Shown: positions 13,824 through 27,535, counted from the first letter of the stretch. The stretch: 64,000 nucleotides of DNA from Octopus vulgaris (GCA_951406725.2 OX597814.1:148428001-148492000), one strand, 5' to 3'. Notes: generated by a model not told the origin, from the letters alone. Numbers and translations: made by a program.

Positions 13824-13963
13824 CAAATTATTACATTATATAAAAGGGCTTAGTAAAATAATTTACTTTGCCACAAAGTTTTTTTAGCTACTATTTCTAA
13901 TGAGTTCAGTATGTGGCAAAGTAATTTATTTTACTAAGCCCTTTTATATAATGTAATAATTTG
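13824..13963. repeat. Inverted repeat, 52-bp arms, 36-bp spacer
   Basis: 13824-13875 is the reverse complement of 13912-13963 with one mismatch. Confidence 0.92.
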
Positions 13964-14009
<46 letters not shown>

Positions 14010-14014
<5 letters not shown>

Positions 14015-14381
14015 CGGGAAGCTTTATGAAAATAAACAAAAGACGAAGGCAGGTGGAAAACAAACGAACAATTGTATTAGTATGGCGCTCAGGAAATATA
14101 AATAAAACAAGTCTTTAACGTTTCGAGCCTACGCTCTTCAACAGAAAGATACACAGAGAGAGAAAAACACAGAAAGAAGGAGAGAAAAAAATGCGTGCAG
14201 TAGCTAACGAATCAACATGGCGATCTGATTTCGGCCAGAGGTCAAAGATCAAACATGAGACGCGAGAGCGAAATAAGGGGAGATAATAGGGTTGATAAAT
14301 GGGTTGAGGGACCAGCTAAAAGTGCGTGGGAGGGGTCTGGATGTATGTATGTATAGGGTTGGTGTATGTATTAGTATGTAT

Positions 14382-14416
<35 letters not shown>

Positions 14417-15190
14417 AGAGAGTATTAGTGCGTAAGATTGGTCTGGACGTGCGTATGTATGGGGTTGGTGTATGTATTAGTATGTATTAGTATGTATTAG
14501 TACGTATTGGTATGTATAGGTGTGTGTGTGTGTGTGAGAGAGTATAAGTGCGTATGCGGGGTCTGGACGTGTGTATGTATAGGGTTGGTGTAAGTATTAG
14601 TATGTACTAGTATGTATTAGTACGTATTAGTATGTATTAGTTGGTGTGTGTATTAGTATGGCACATCATGTGATGTGATGTGTAAAGTCATGTGGTGTAG
14701 TGAGGAGAAGAAGAGGGGGAGAGAAGGGGAGGGGAAGAAGAGGGGGAGGAGAAGGGGGAGAGGAGAGGATGGGGAGAAGGAAGGGGATGAGGGGGATGAA
14801 GGAGGAAAGAGGGAGAGGGGAGAGAGGGAGTGAGGGAGCAGAGGGAAGGGGAAGAGGGATGGAGAAAGAGGGAAGAAGGGAAGGGGAGTAGGGGTGAAAG
14901 GATGAAGGACTGAAGAAGTAGGGGTCGGGGGGAGAAAGGATAGGTGAGGAGGGGGGAGAGGGGGTTAGATGAGGAGGGGGGAGAGTTGAGACCAAATGGC
15001 GTATAAGAGCGAAGAGAGAAGATTAATTCCTGTTCACGGCGCAAACGGGAATCCGGATGGCCTCTGTGTAAGGACAAACCGAACACAGATAGGTGTTGCA
15101 AGGAGTGACCGGTGGAGCGGAAATGGCGTGAGACCGGTGTGTCGTTCGCAAGGTGAATGTCACGAAGGTGTTCCGCGAACCGGTCAGATG
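14010..15190 (-). mobile_element. Penelope-like element 3' end (GIY-YIG C-terminus, polypyrimidine tract, minisatellite, pLTR with HHR)
   Basis: DRFAEHLRDI..PVSRHF..GHS..LSVFGL..RLRREQELIFSLRSYTPFGLN in ORF 14688-15251; HHR at 14112-14149. Confidence 0.88.
14112..14149 (-). ncRNA. Minimal type-I hammerhead ribozyme, variant CUGUUGA core
   Basis: UCUUU-CUGUUGA-A-GAGC(GUAG)GCUC-GAAA-CG-UU-AAAGA: perfect 5-bp stem I, 4-bp stem II, 2-nt palindromic stem III. Confidence 0.75.
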
Positions 15191-15222
15191 TATATATATA
15201 TATACATACATACATACATACA

Positions 15223-15258
<36 letters not shown>

Positions 15259-15419
15259 GAGAGTCCAGGTGTGTTCTGTTAAGGGCATTAATACAAATAG
15301 AATACTTCACCCATAGAATTCCTAAATAGCCTGTAGAATTCATATGGTTGGCTACCAATTCTAGTCTTAGGTATAAAGAGAGAATCAAGTTTTCAAATAA
15401 GAAAATATCAAATAACGAT

Positions 15420-16990
15420 AACTCAAACACAAATAAGATAGAATAGACAATTAATTCGAATGACATCAACAAACGAATAACAAGGAGAAAGGGAAAACCT
15501 GAGGAACACAGGAAAAATTGGAGGAAAATGAATATAACCCGAAAGGAAACAGTTACACATAATCACTACACACAAACAAATATGGAAGAAACCAAACAAA
15601 ACGTACAAATTGTCTGAAGTCCTCTGGTATAATCCAATTTTTGGACTCCAAATATCGTCCGAGATTAGTAAGCAATTAATTGCAGCATTACATAGATGCT
15701 TTCCTAAAACACAAAAATACTACCGTTTATTCAACAACCACGCAGTGAAAATATCGTATGTAACATTTTACACCATGGAGTGCTACATACACAAATGCAA
15801 CAAGCAGAAATTGAACACAGAACAACGTCTGCTGGTAGAGAACAAACAAATCAAACTACTCAGAACTTAACAAAAATAACCAAAATAATCAACAGATAGA
15901 CTGCAAAATCTCAGATAGCGTAAAAGACAGTGACAATATAGTTGAAATATATCATCCAAAAAGATTGAACAAAACGGATTACCGAATAAACAAAGCCTCT
16001 GATACGAGAAATGAAACGGAACATCATGCAAAGAGAATCAAAAAGCCGCCAGATAAACGTAAGAATAATAAGAATACGATTAATAGCACAGGCCGTAGAA
16101 TATCCGCATGTCCGCCCCTGATACCAATGTGCTAAAAAAATCATAGTATATAAATGCATAATCTATACATCTCAACATAATTACGTGTACATATGTGCCA
16201 CAGAAAACCAATTCAAAGTCTGTTATCGAAGCCACATCTCGTCATTCCGAAAAATAAATAGAAGGCACACTACCTCACTTGCAGACCTCATATGGGGACT
16301 GAAAGAATGAAAAATTAAATACCAAATAGAATGTTCAAAAATAAAATAAAATTAAAAAAACGCACATCCATGTACTTCACTATGCGGCAAACGTGACATT
16401 TACCTTCAGGAAGTACTGAGTATTCTACTGAGTAATAGAAATCTAGCGAATGATCATGATGAGAAAATTCCATGATGTAACCACCATGTCAAATATGCCT
16501 TTTCCAGATGGAACAGTGTACAAATTTAATTATTACTAGTATTCTAACTCGCTAAACCCATTTTTTACCGCCTTCACGTATGTATAGGAGTGTGAATTTA
16601 TGATGGAGCGTTCTGCGATATAACTATGTAGATATAACTATGTACATGGAAATGACTAGATAAATGTATAAATGTCTATGTATAGATTTGAATATGTTTA
16701 TTGATAGGTGTGTATATGTATGCGTGTACGCGAGTATATGTCTACGTGTGTGCATCTGAATATATGTACATTTATTTTATATATATATGCATATATGTGT
16801 GTACGTGTCTGCATGTGAGTGTATGTGTGTGTATGTGTGTGTATGTGTGCAAATGCTCTTGTTATACAGGGAAATTATTATATAATTTAATATAAACTTA
16901 ACTTTAAATCCTGTATATACGAGGATCTGTATTTATCGAAACATTTGTAGCTATTAAAAAGCTGCCTAACCGTACTTTTCCTTTTGAATC
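15420..16990 (+). mobile_element. Naiad-type Penelope-like element, decayed 3' half
   Basis: VLWYNP..CFPK..RLFNNHAVKISY (ORF 15610), then CP..QC..IVYKC..YVYICATENQFKVCYRSHISSF; homologous to 35730-36880. Clade assignment from recalled motif pattern. Confidence 0.75.
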
Positions 16991-17022
16991 TTTCACTTTT
17001 TACTTTATATATATATATGTGT

Positions 17023-17077
<55 letters not shown>

Positions 17078-18057
17078 GATAGATAACTGCAACTTTTTAT
17101 GCATGTATGCATGTATGTATGTGTGTATTTATGTATGTAAGCAGATGTGATTTTATGTACGTAGATTTTCTTCTATATGTATAGCGGGAATTTTGCAGGA
17201 TGCCGTTTTTAGTCTTCAGTTTTGCTTCCTAAGCAGAATTGCATATAATTACTCTTTTCAACTTGAATGATTTCTGCCGGGCATCTTTAATTTTTAATAT
17301 CATAACAACAAAGATATCTCAAGGAACACATGTTTTTTTATGATTATAAGTTTATTTGCCTTCGAACCAGCTTTTAATTGACGCTGCCGAAAATACAACA
17401 TCCCTACCGATTGTCTCAAAATACCATTTTAAATTTGGAGGCCGCTTCAGATGAATAGATGTACTGATCAACCTCGAGCAGCCCAGCAATATGCTTCTCC
17501 TGGATGACGTCACAATCTTCCGAATGTTAAATAGCCTGAATACTACGTTCCCTCTGGGACATCACCGCATGAAACAAAGGCAAGCATTACTGGAAGTTTC
17601 TTATATGATTTTGATGGAACAACTGATAATCCTCTGATCCAAGGGAAACAACACCATGTATCTCTGCTTCACAAGTAATATGAACGTTATCCATAAAGTG
17701 AAGGCAACGCCAACAAATTTGAGAACTAACAATGTATGGTCCTAGTCGAATTATTGGCAGTTATACTATAAGAAGGACGCAAGCAGTTTCCATCTTGAAT
17801 CTCAATAATGCAAACTGGGAATTTATTTGCAGAGTGATCCACAAATAAATCTGTCCCCGCATTTTGGCTATGCAACAGAACGACTACACTTTGCAAAGGC
17901 ATCACACCTGCTTTGTTGGCAGCTAAAGTGTGGTGAAGAGTGTCATTTATGAAAGAACAATCCTGGAAATTGAACACAGAATCAAGTCTGCCCATAAAAT
18001 AGAAAGAGAGCGAGAGAGAGTGAGGGGAGAGGGAGACGGAGAGAGAGGGACTTGAAA

Positions 18058-18262
18058 ACGATAGTACGCTCTTGTCGTGCACACTAATTTCAACTGCCAG
18101 CTCTATCCAAATCAAGTCATAAAGGCTGCAGATGAGCAACAATATATTTTTTTTTATGTATGGCACAAAAGATCGTACGGCAACTGACCTGGAGACACTA
18201 CCACCAACATACAAGGTATCCATAACCAATGGAATCCATTCGGATCCGCACTGGAGGAATAC
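18058..18262. repeat. Dispersed repeat, copy 2
   Basis: Homologous to 9585-9795; joined directly to a Penelope EN fragment. Confidence 0.8.
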
Positions 18263-18535
18263 GAATATTACAACACTTCGCAAATATCTCTTCCCAGTAG
18301 AAGAGAATCTGACCAAGAACTACGTGTACACAATCCCATGCAGCTGTGGTAGGATAAACAAAGGCGAAACATGCCGCCCCATCAAAATAAGGGTAAAGGA
18401 ACATCGCAAAGCTGTAACACGGGCAGATGTTGATAAATCGTGTATGGCTGATCATGTATGGAAAAATGGAGACCATGTACTCCTGTGGGATAAAGTTAAA
18501 ATGATAGACAGGAAACCCCAATGGAAAATACGACC
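18263..18535 (+). mobile_element. Penelope-like GIY-YIG fragment
   Basis: KNYVYTIPCSCGRINKGETCRPIKIRVKEHRKAV..KSCMADHVW (ORF 18132-18539). Confidence 0.88.
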
Positions 18536-18555
18536 ATGAGAAGGAGAAGGAGAGG

Positions 18556-18615
<60 letters not shown>

Positions 18616-19230
18616 CAGACCTGTGAAAAACAAATTTGCAAAGAAAGTTGCCACGTTACAGTACAGAACAGGAACATTGTTTCGAAGGAATGGCTCGCTG
18701 AACCCGCTCCCAAAAAGAAAAAGAGATAAGTGAAGTGAACAATTCAAAAACGCTCTCATTTAGCCACTGGAACACATCCGGATGAATAACTCATTTGAGC
18801 TCTTCGACATTTCAGCTCTGCAGAGAAACACGGTACTAATTTATTACATCGACATTGACATTTACGATGAAGAGTAGCCGCAGCTGATGAGTTTCAATTT
18901 AGCAACTGGCCACGAAGATTTCCCAGATATTAACATGAAGCCATATAAGCAGGATTGTATGGAATCCCTTCAGCTAGTTTTCCAGAGTTTCCTTGTACAT
19001 GGTTAACTTCCTAAAACACTAAAATAAGGCATCATATGTCCTATCAATAAAGTGGGGAGCTGAGCTAAAATATACACCCCTATCTCTTTGAATTCACATA
19101 CAAGAAAGTCATTGAATGAGTCGTAAGAAGGAAAGTGATAGGTTTCTTAGAAAATAATGACTTGCTGGACGATACGTAGCATAGTCTCTGTTCAGGAAGA
19201 AGCTGTCTCACACAGCTGTTATGTCATAAC

Positions 19231-19299
19231 AGCCGAGTAGCTACCTGAAACCCCTGTCATTATGTCATATTGACTGGAGTTTCAGGTAGCTACTCGGCT
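19231..19299. other. 69-nt hairpin (29-bp stem, 2 mismatches, 11-nt loop)
   Basis: AGCCGAGTAGCTACCTGAAACCCCTGTCA pairs with TGACTGGAGTTTCAGGTAGCTACTCGGCT. Confidence 0.9.
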
Positions 19300-20052
19300 A
19301 TCGAAAAGTCGAAGTTGTATATATGTTGATTCTGAAAAGACCTGAATAATAAAAGGCAAATTCTGAGTGGAGCCCCCCAGTCAGATTTTGGGGCCAGTCC
19401 TGTTTATCGATCCTTTCTCAGACTTAACTATGGTGAATCAGGTACCCATTGTAACTAGTTACGTGGAATGATATAAATTTATCTTTATTGCCTGTGATAA
19501 TTTTGTATCATAGGCAACAAAAGGAAACTGCCGTTGTCGCAAGTTTGCCATAGGACCTAAATACAATAAAGAGATAGGCTGAAGAGAACACAAATATTTG
19601 CAATATAGTACTGGAAAATTTCAAGCGATGTCCTATCGACCCGGAATCACTGCAATCTTAGAGTCGCATCTAGGGATAAACTTGAAGATCAGTATACATC
19701 GTTTCATATGCATATTACCAAGGTGGCAAGAAAGTGTTGACAATAAGCGGGATTATCACTAATGCCCTTTAGAACAAGAGATCATGACATTATGTTGTCC
19801 TTGTGGAAATCGACTTTTCAAGCTGCCTTGAAGACCGCGTTCAACTCTTATCTCCACATAATGTCATACTAACAGCAGAGCCTGATGCCTTCAACGCTAC
19901 CGCAGTGAAAAGGTTGCGAAAGTGTAGCAGATGAACTACTAGGAGTAGATGGAAAAGCAACAACTTTATACCTGAGAGCGAAAACGCGAGATAGATCGAT
20001 AGATAAATAGATAGACATACCGGCAAACAAACAGTCAGACATACAGACAGAT

Positions 20053-20054
<2 letters not shown>

Positions 20055-20083
<29 letters not shown>

Positions 20084-20085
20084 TT

Positions 20086-20181
<96 letters not shown>

Positions 20182-20195
20182 TATATATATATAGA
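20055..20195. repeat. (GACA)n-(GATA)n-(TA)n microsatellite
   Basis: Directly visible. Confidence 0.95.
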
Positions 20196-22385
20196 TCTAT
20201 GTAAGGTATACTCGAAATTATATTTTGAGTCACTCGTCTTTTTTTTTCAGATATGTCAGAATTAAGCACATCAGCTGGTTGGGATTGTTAACACAAAATT
20301 TGTGGAGCTCCGATCAGTAGCCGTCTTCAACTGTTTCATAATCAGGAATTGCAGGCGTTGCTCACATATGGTTTGGTGAATTTGGAGTCTAGATATGAAA
20401 ATATTTAGCGTCGTCTAATTTTTGCTGCCGATCTGTGATGCATATAGCGATATAACCAGTTCTAATAGACGGTGTAGAACAACAAAACCTTTAATTTCTA
20501 CACAAGTAAACTCGTAATAACTATACTGAGTGCTCCGCGCAGCTTCTCTACACTAATACATCTGAAACTTGTGGCAGTTTCTGAGTCACTCAAAATACTA
20601 ACACTGGTAATGTATATGTGTGAGATGTGCAAGTAATTTGAAATATTGAATTTATGGGGAGGGGTAATATCTCTGAAGATGGTTGAAAGGAGATGCCCTA
20701 AATATAAGATGTGATCGCAGTATTAGTATTTTGAGGAGTTCGAAAACTGCTAAAGGATTCAAATGTATTTGTGTAGAGAGGCAGACACAGAACCAGAATG
20801 AATGAAAATACCAATTGGTTGATCCTTTGGCCAATGAAGGGTAGACTGGATTCTGCGTATGCAAAAATAACTCCATTCGGAGTGAAATTTGATTAAGCAG
20901 TGTAGCGGCAACACTATTTGCCCAAAGAGTGTCATACGTTCCTCAAAGAAGAATAGTATAGCTAAAACATTTATAAGGTTGATAATGATGAAACCTAATA
21001 ATTAATAACAAGTTACAATGCACACGATACGGAGACAACAGAACAATGTGATTTCATAAGATTGTCTTAATCCGTGGTACCAAACCAATTTGTCGGCCAA
21101 CTTACAACCTAGTATCTTTTTAATTTTGTCTAAAATTTTAATCCAAAAAGATTGTACTTTTGTTGATTTTAATGTTTTTTGGAGACCGGATATGTATTAT
21201 AGACGAGATCCAAGACCAGATATGTTCGAATTATGTATACAATACCTTTTATTCAGATATGCTTTAGACGATCTAATGTATTCTAAAGTATTTTTTTCTT
21301 TTTCTAGGAGTCATGTTCTATGTTGGCGGAGATGTATTTGTCAGTTCCAGCTTGTCGATCAAAATGTATAACGTTCCACATTTCAATCATATCGTTTGTC
21401 TTTCAAGCTTTTTACTCTGGACACCACTAATGTTCAAAATAAATGTTGGACCAAAATCTCCTTATATATACAATCAAATATCGATAGCTTCCACTTTGAC
21501 GCCTTTATGTTGGCGATGTTCTTTTTATCGTGCAAGTATTTCCTCTTTTTAACCATGGGTTAATCATGTTTGAGCAGGGATTTTGCTGGCGTGACCATCA
21601 TATTGTTCTTAATAACGTAGATTACAGTGTTTGGTATGTCTTTTAACTGAGACATTTGATGTAATTGCTAGGAAACCTAGTTGCTGTTTCTAGAATTTAA
21701 GTCCTACTCTGTAGACATTGTCTGAATCACTCATTATATAAACCATGAGTAAATAAAGTCCAGAAACTCTTGTATGCCGTGTTATATATATTGTGAAACG
21801 CAGTAGAATCTACGAGAACAGAGATGATGGAACCTGAAGAATAACAGTTTCTAAGCTATCATTTTATAATATATAATTACAATAAAGCACAGAAATGCTG
21901 TAAAATGCGATATATGGAACATAAGAAGTTTTATAATGCCTATCAGCTCACTTATATATGAAAGACTGTGCTCACGGTTCAGGCCAGACATAAATTGCAA
22001 ATGTAATTATAACCATATCTGCAAGTTCAATGTTCAGTTGAATACATTTGAATAAGTTTGCACAGTTTGTGTGTATTATTTCACTCAATGCTTTGTCTGG
22101 TGTGTGCACAAGGTTATGTGTGTATATGAATCTGTGTGCACTTAGGTCTATGAATTTAATAAATTTATTTCTTAGTAGGAATGAGTGACCGTGCTTATCA
22201 TATCTATTTGATTGCGTGGAACGTTTGTAGATGGCTACATTTGATCTAAAAATATGACACACAGATAATACAGAGAAATAACTACCTTTCTGCTTATATA
22301 CGTATGTATATGTGTATGTATGTATGAATTTATGTATTTATGAGTTTATCTATCTATCTCTATCAATCTATCTATCAAGCTCTCA

Positions 22386-22420
<35 letters not shown>

Positions 22421-23487
22421 GGAAATGAATGATCTCAGTGCGTGACAAAGTTGCCGTTCTACCTGTGGCTCTTATTATTAATCACGTGAGGCTCCATCCA
22501 TTGCAGGATCCAGTGTGGTACGAATAGGGTTATATCGTAATATAAAGAACACATCAACTATGAGAGAAAATTATAAAGCATATATATGAAATCTTCAAGT
22601 ACACTAGGAAATTGCACATGAGTAAATTTTGAATGTACATTTTCATGAGAGAACATTTCTGCTGAAAACATTAGCTATAGTAATGTACTTGTCACCGCTT
22701 CTAATTTGCGTGTTGTTCAATTTTGCAGTAGGATTATGTTGATGTACAACTGTTTTGACGATCTTTAATAACACTTAATATGTTTTAAAACAATTTCCTT
22801 TACATATCAGCGCAAAGTTTGTATTTAAACTTTAACCCAGACTCCTGGCGTACGAAGTATTAGTATGTTACACATGACACATGCACAAAAGGATTCTCCT
22901 ATAACCTTCACTATTCAGTCAACTTTGGTACAAATCCGGAAACCAGTCTTACAAATGCATACGCACTCTCAATACATTTTTGTGTATTGTTATTATGCAT
23001 TTATCCTTCTCTCACGCAAGATTGGTATTGCTTCAAGAAATACTCATTGATAGAATTAATTCCAAATAAAAAATGGAAAATTCTCTCGTAAATAAAATAC
23101 TTGAATATGATGGATGAACCTAATCGCAATCCAAGAACTGGTAAGTAAAAAAAGACTAAGAGATTTATTTGGTATATTTTCTTTACTTAATGTATATATA
23201 CTGTTATATTAGGAACTACTAGTTTAAGATATTTACGAATATACTCGATCGCACACAGTGAAATATATGTATATATGTGAGCTTGACGTGTGCATGTATG
23301 CATGTGTAGGTGTGTGGATGATGGCATGAGGCTGGGAAGTGGACAGTGCTAGTGTGTGCGTGGTGGTGCGATGTGATGTGGTGTTGTGTGGTATGGTGGT
23401 GTATGGTGTCGTGGTGTTGGTATGTGGGGGAAGCGAGAATGGATAAATAAAGGGCGGGTGGGAGAAAGGTGTGAATATATCTGTCTA

Positions 23488-23570
<83 letters not shown>

Positions 23571-23591
23571 ATGTATCTATCTTAGTATATT

Positions 23592-23637
<46 letters not shown>

Positions 23638-24782
23638 GTGTGTGTTTGTGTCTATGCATGCATGTTTTACGTATGTTTTTCTCCCACAGTCTACACACAC
23701 ATAAATATATGCACACACATTCATTCAAGCACACGTGCATATATACATATGTATATACACAGCTATATGTATTTACATTTTCGAACGTGTGTTTATGTGT
23801 ATATATATACGTATATCTACGTATGCATGTCTACATATACGACATTTTATAAAGATATCTCTCTTTTTTTTATGTTTTCCTCTCTTTAACGGTACTTTTC
23901 AGTGTGTATACATTTCTTGAGATATATCTAGTATTTATGCTAATAGTATCTGAAAGCCCAATTAGATTTTGATGCCGCAATTAAAATCCCATCAGAAAAT
24001 TACGTAAATTTGAAATATTTTATTTTAATAGGAAAGTTTGCAAAGCAATAATTTTGCTGAATTCATTAAACATTACAGAATTGACAGCTACATGAAGTTT
24101 GCAATTATAATAAATGGCCTTAGTAAAAGCATTTGTCACATTGTCACAGCTGCTAACAGGCCCCTAGCAAGGCACTCACTGTTTTAAATTTTGCTTCCAT
24201 ACCGACAAGAATGTAATTGACAGGCAGAATTATAGTAAAAGAAGCAGCTGTAACAGTAGTAGTTGTAGTAGTAGTAGTGATGTAGTTTGTTGCAAAAATG
24301 ACAGTGCAGCCACCACAACAAGATAAATAATTAGGATGGCCATGACAACAATTCTTTGTCCATGAGTGCACAATAGTGTGAAATCTATTAAATGATTGGG
24401 AAAAATTTCTCACTTAAGGAATTCAGGCGTACACAAAACAAGCTTTATCTCCCACTCACTTTATCCACACCAGGTTCAGTTATGCAGACACGAATCACTT
24501 TTACATATATATATAATGTCAATGTCATTCGCACAAGTGTTTATACACGCAATCTCAATAATTTTATCATGTTGCTGGGTGCATGCAAGCAAAAGTCTTC
24601 AATTATTGTACGCACATCCGTAGAGCTTGTCTGAATAATACACGATGGAAGAGATTCATGTTGTATTGTTTTAATGCAAAGAGAATGAAAATGCTACTAA
24701 AAGACAACAGAGAGGGAGAGACAAAGACAGAGAACTTTCAGAAACAAAGAAATCGAAAAACATGAATATATATAAAATCATG

Positions 24783-24823
<41 letters not shown>

Positions 24824-25595
24824 CATGTAATCATGTATGTCTATATATATATATAGACATACATACATTTGTATAAGCCCATACAAATTCACGCACACAC
24901 ATACACATATACATGTACATATGTGTATGTGATCATGTATTATGAATGCATTGAACTAACTATGAAGAAAACGATATGAGAACATGTTTTAACCAGATTA
25001 TTAGTTTTAAGCTGATAACAGTGTAATGCCTCCCTGACGTTTCTGATACTATTCCTAATTCGTAAGGAAGGTAAATAAAAATTCATAAAGGCGTGTGAGC
25101 GAGAAGAGTGTTTCGAAGAAAGTTTTAACAACGTACAGTTAATATGGGTCTAGCGAGAATGCGGTTGTATGGGAGAGAGGTCAGTTACTGCTGCATTTTC
25201 CGTAAGCCATCACTTAATGTTTCTTGTTAAGAACTTATATTTGAAAAATAACGAAACGTTTTATTTTGCCTATCAGGGACGACAATTTCACGTTCAGGCA
25301 TGTGTCTGGGTGTATATACGAGACATTAAAAAGAATATAAATGGAAGAAATGTATTTGTCATTCTCAGATATTCGTCTCTATTTGATATTTGATGTGTTT
25401 TAATATTGCAGGTTCATAAGATCCCTTATGCAATACCGACAGTGTGCATAAGGTAGATAAGGTAGATATGATACATAGGTGTCTGTCTTAATTAAATAGC
25501 TCCTCATTTGCATGTGTCGGATACACAAGCGCAAACACACATGCACACACTCACACACACACACACATACATACACATATATTTATATTATTATA

Positions 25596-25659
<64 letters not shown>

Positions 25660-25669
25660 TTACCTTTTG

Positions 25670-25972
25670 CCTTTCACCTTTGGCGTCAGTCATTAAGCTG
25701 CGGCCATGCAGGACCACCGCTTTGTAGATTTTAGTAGAACAAATTAACCACAGTACTTATCTTTTAAAGCCTAATACTTATTCTTTCTCTTTTTGGCCGA
25801 AGCGCTAAGTTATGGGACGTACACACACCGAATGTCAAATGATAATCTGGGACAATTTCAGACGCGCGCGCACGCGCGTCTACATACGCATTCATGGCCA
25901 TCTTCTTTCAGGTTCCCTCTACCAATCGACTGACAAGTCACCGGTCAGCCCGAGACTATAGTAGAAGACACA
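25670..25972 (-). mobile_element. tRNA-derived SINE, family B, 5'-truncated
   Basis: Reverse complement resembles 33363-33855 (GTGTCTTCTACTATAG..CGGG, TAACTTAGCG.TTCGG, GCGGTG.TCC.GCATGGCCGCAG). Confidence 0.7.
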
Positions 25973-25974
25973 TA

Positions 25975-26685
25975 CGAGGTCTGATCAATAAGAATCGAGA
26001 ATGTTAGCGTAGTAATGACACTAAATCATGCAGTATAAAGCCGCTTGGCACAGAATGACTTTGACCTCGGCTGTGTATGTGTACTACGTTTTAACGTTCT
26101 AGCTGACTTTCTTCATTTACAACAGTGGCTGGAAGTAACGTATGTAACGTCTGATCCTCGCACTGACCATGACAGAAATAGTTGTCACGGTGATACCTGC
26201 TGAGAGGTCCGCGCAAAGTGACAGAAAGTATATGGAGAGGAATGTATGAGTCGCACACAAGTTTATAAGTGTTTCGAACTTTTCCAAGATGGCCGAATAA
26301 TCTCCATAATGACGAAAGTTCTAAGGCATGCAACCAGAAGATATGAGAAAATCAGAAATCGCAGATGTACGTGCAGCAATGAGAGGAAATCGTCGAATCA
26401 CCATCTCTGTGTTATCAGAGGATGTACAGATTAGTTACGGTTCAGTTCAATCCATTATCACCGAAGTCTAGGGTATGGAACTCGTCTCTACTAAGTTGGT
26501 GCCAAAATTGCTTTCAGTTGAACAGGATACCCGAGTTTCAGTTGAAGATTTCCTTGAATGTATCGTTAAAACTTATTGCGCACACACAGAAGAGGTCATG
26601 TTAAATTTGTGCCAAGCAGCTTCACTTAGCGAGCTTTAGCTTCGTTACTATGTCAACAATCCGAACATTTATTGACCAGACCACG
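25975..26685 (+). mobile_element. Internally deleted mariner element with TIRs and TA target duplication
   Basis: TA|CGAGGTCTGATCAATAA...TTATTGACCAGACCACG|TA; internal QKVYGEECMSRTQVYKCFELFQDGR (mariner HTH region). Confidence 0.88.
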
Positions 26686-27069
26686 TATATATATAGAAAA
26701 ACGCCATGGATAATATAAACATGGGCATAAAGACTTTTCGTGATGGTTGTCGATAGATCTTTTTCGAATGGAAAGCTTTTTCAACCCAGAATGAACGAGA
26801 AGAAACAACATGCATATGCGATTGAATGCTTACAACGCATGTCATCTTATACAATGAATATGCCAATGTACATTTAAAGATATTGAATTACTGATTTGCT
26901 TTTCTTTATCTACTCAAGCATTAGCAAATGAGCCATGTGCAAATATTTGAAGTAATATCATATAAATACAACGTTTTAGGCAGTTTAAATATGCTTGTGA
27001 CAAATTTGGATGAATAAACAGGTCATTCACTGTGTTTAGTCATGGAGAAAATTTGTCACTGGTGACGAT

Positions 27070-27535
27070 CGTGTATATACACAAAGATCAGCTCGTAGCG
27101 CCCCCTTTCCAGGCTATAAGATGCAGCATTTCGGAGTAATTGTCTCCTCTTCGGTCACTGACACTGGACACAGGGTAGTGCGAAATGATGAAAAAAAGAG
27201 ATTCACCGTACGATCGCTGATAATAACGCAGCGGCTAAGAGTAAGTAAATTACGAACTAGGAGCGCTCAGCAATGAAATTTGAACAGGTAATTACATTGC
27301 ATTTATACACATCACTGCTTAACGCTCCTACTTCATAATTTGCTTGCGGTGAACCGCCGCATAGCGTTATCAGGCATTGTATGGTGACTGAAATAACATA
27401 AGGAAATGACTCTCTTTCACCAGTTCGCAGTACCTTGTGCCCAGTGTCTGTGACCGAAGGAGAGACAACTATTCTGAAATGCTGCATCTCCCAGCCTTGA
27501 GAAGAGTACTGCGAACTGATCTAGGTGCATTTGCA
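27070..27535. mobile_element. Foldback/MITE-like element with ~130-bp imperfect inverted arms
   Basis: AGATGCAGCATTTCGGAGTAATTGTCTC..TTCGGTCACTGACACTGGACACAGGGTA (~27119-27177) mirrors TACCTTGTGCCCAGTGTCTGTGACCGAA..GAGACAACTATTCTGAAATGCTGCATCT (~27431-27489). Confidence 0.75.

Larger units (their letters stand above)
17700..18960 (+). mobile_element. Highly decayed Tc1/mariner-superfamily transposase, split by insertion 18000-18620
   Basis: TIRR..ERLHFAKA..VW*RV before the insertion and NWPRRF/PDIN (WP..SPDLN-like) near 18905-18935 after it. Confidence 0.5.

Noticed and set aside
16300-16480. In-frame TGA codons in the Naiad copy as selenocysteine recoding
   Set aside because: They align with TCA and AGA in the second copy, not with Cys positions, so they are decay.
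16905-16952. Possible eroded HHR at the Naiad 3' end (also ~36795-36838)
   Set aside because: The GAAACATT side is present but neither copy has a CUGANGA core.
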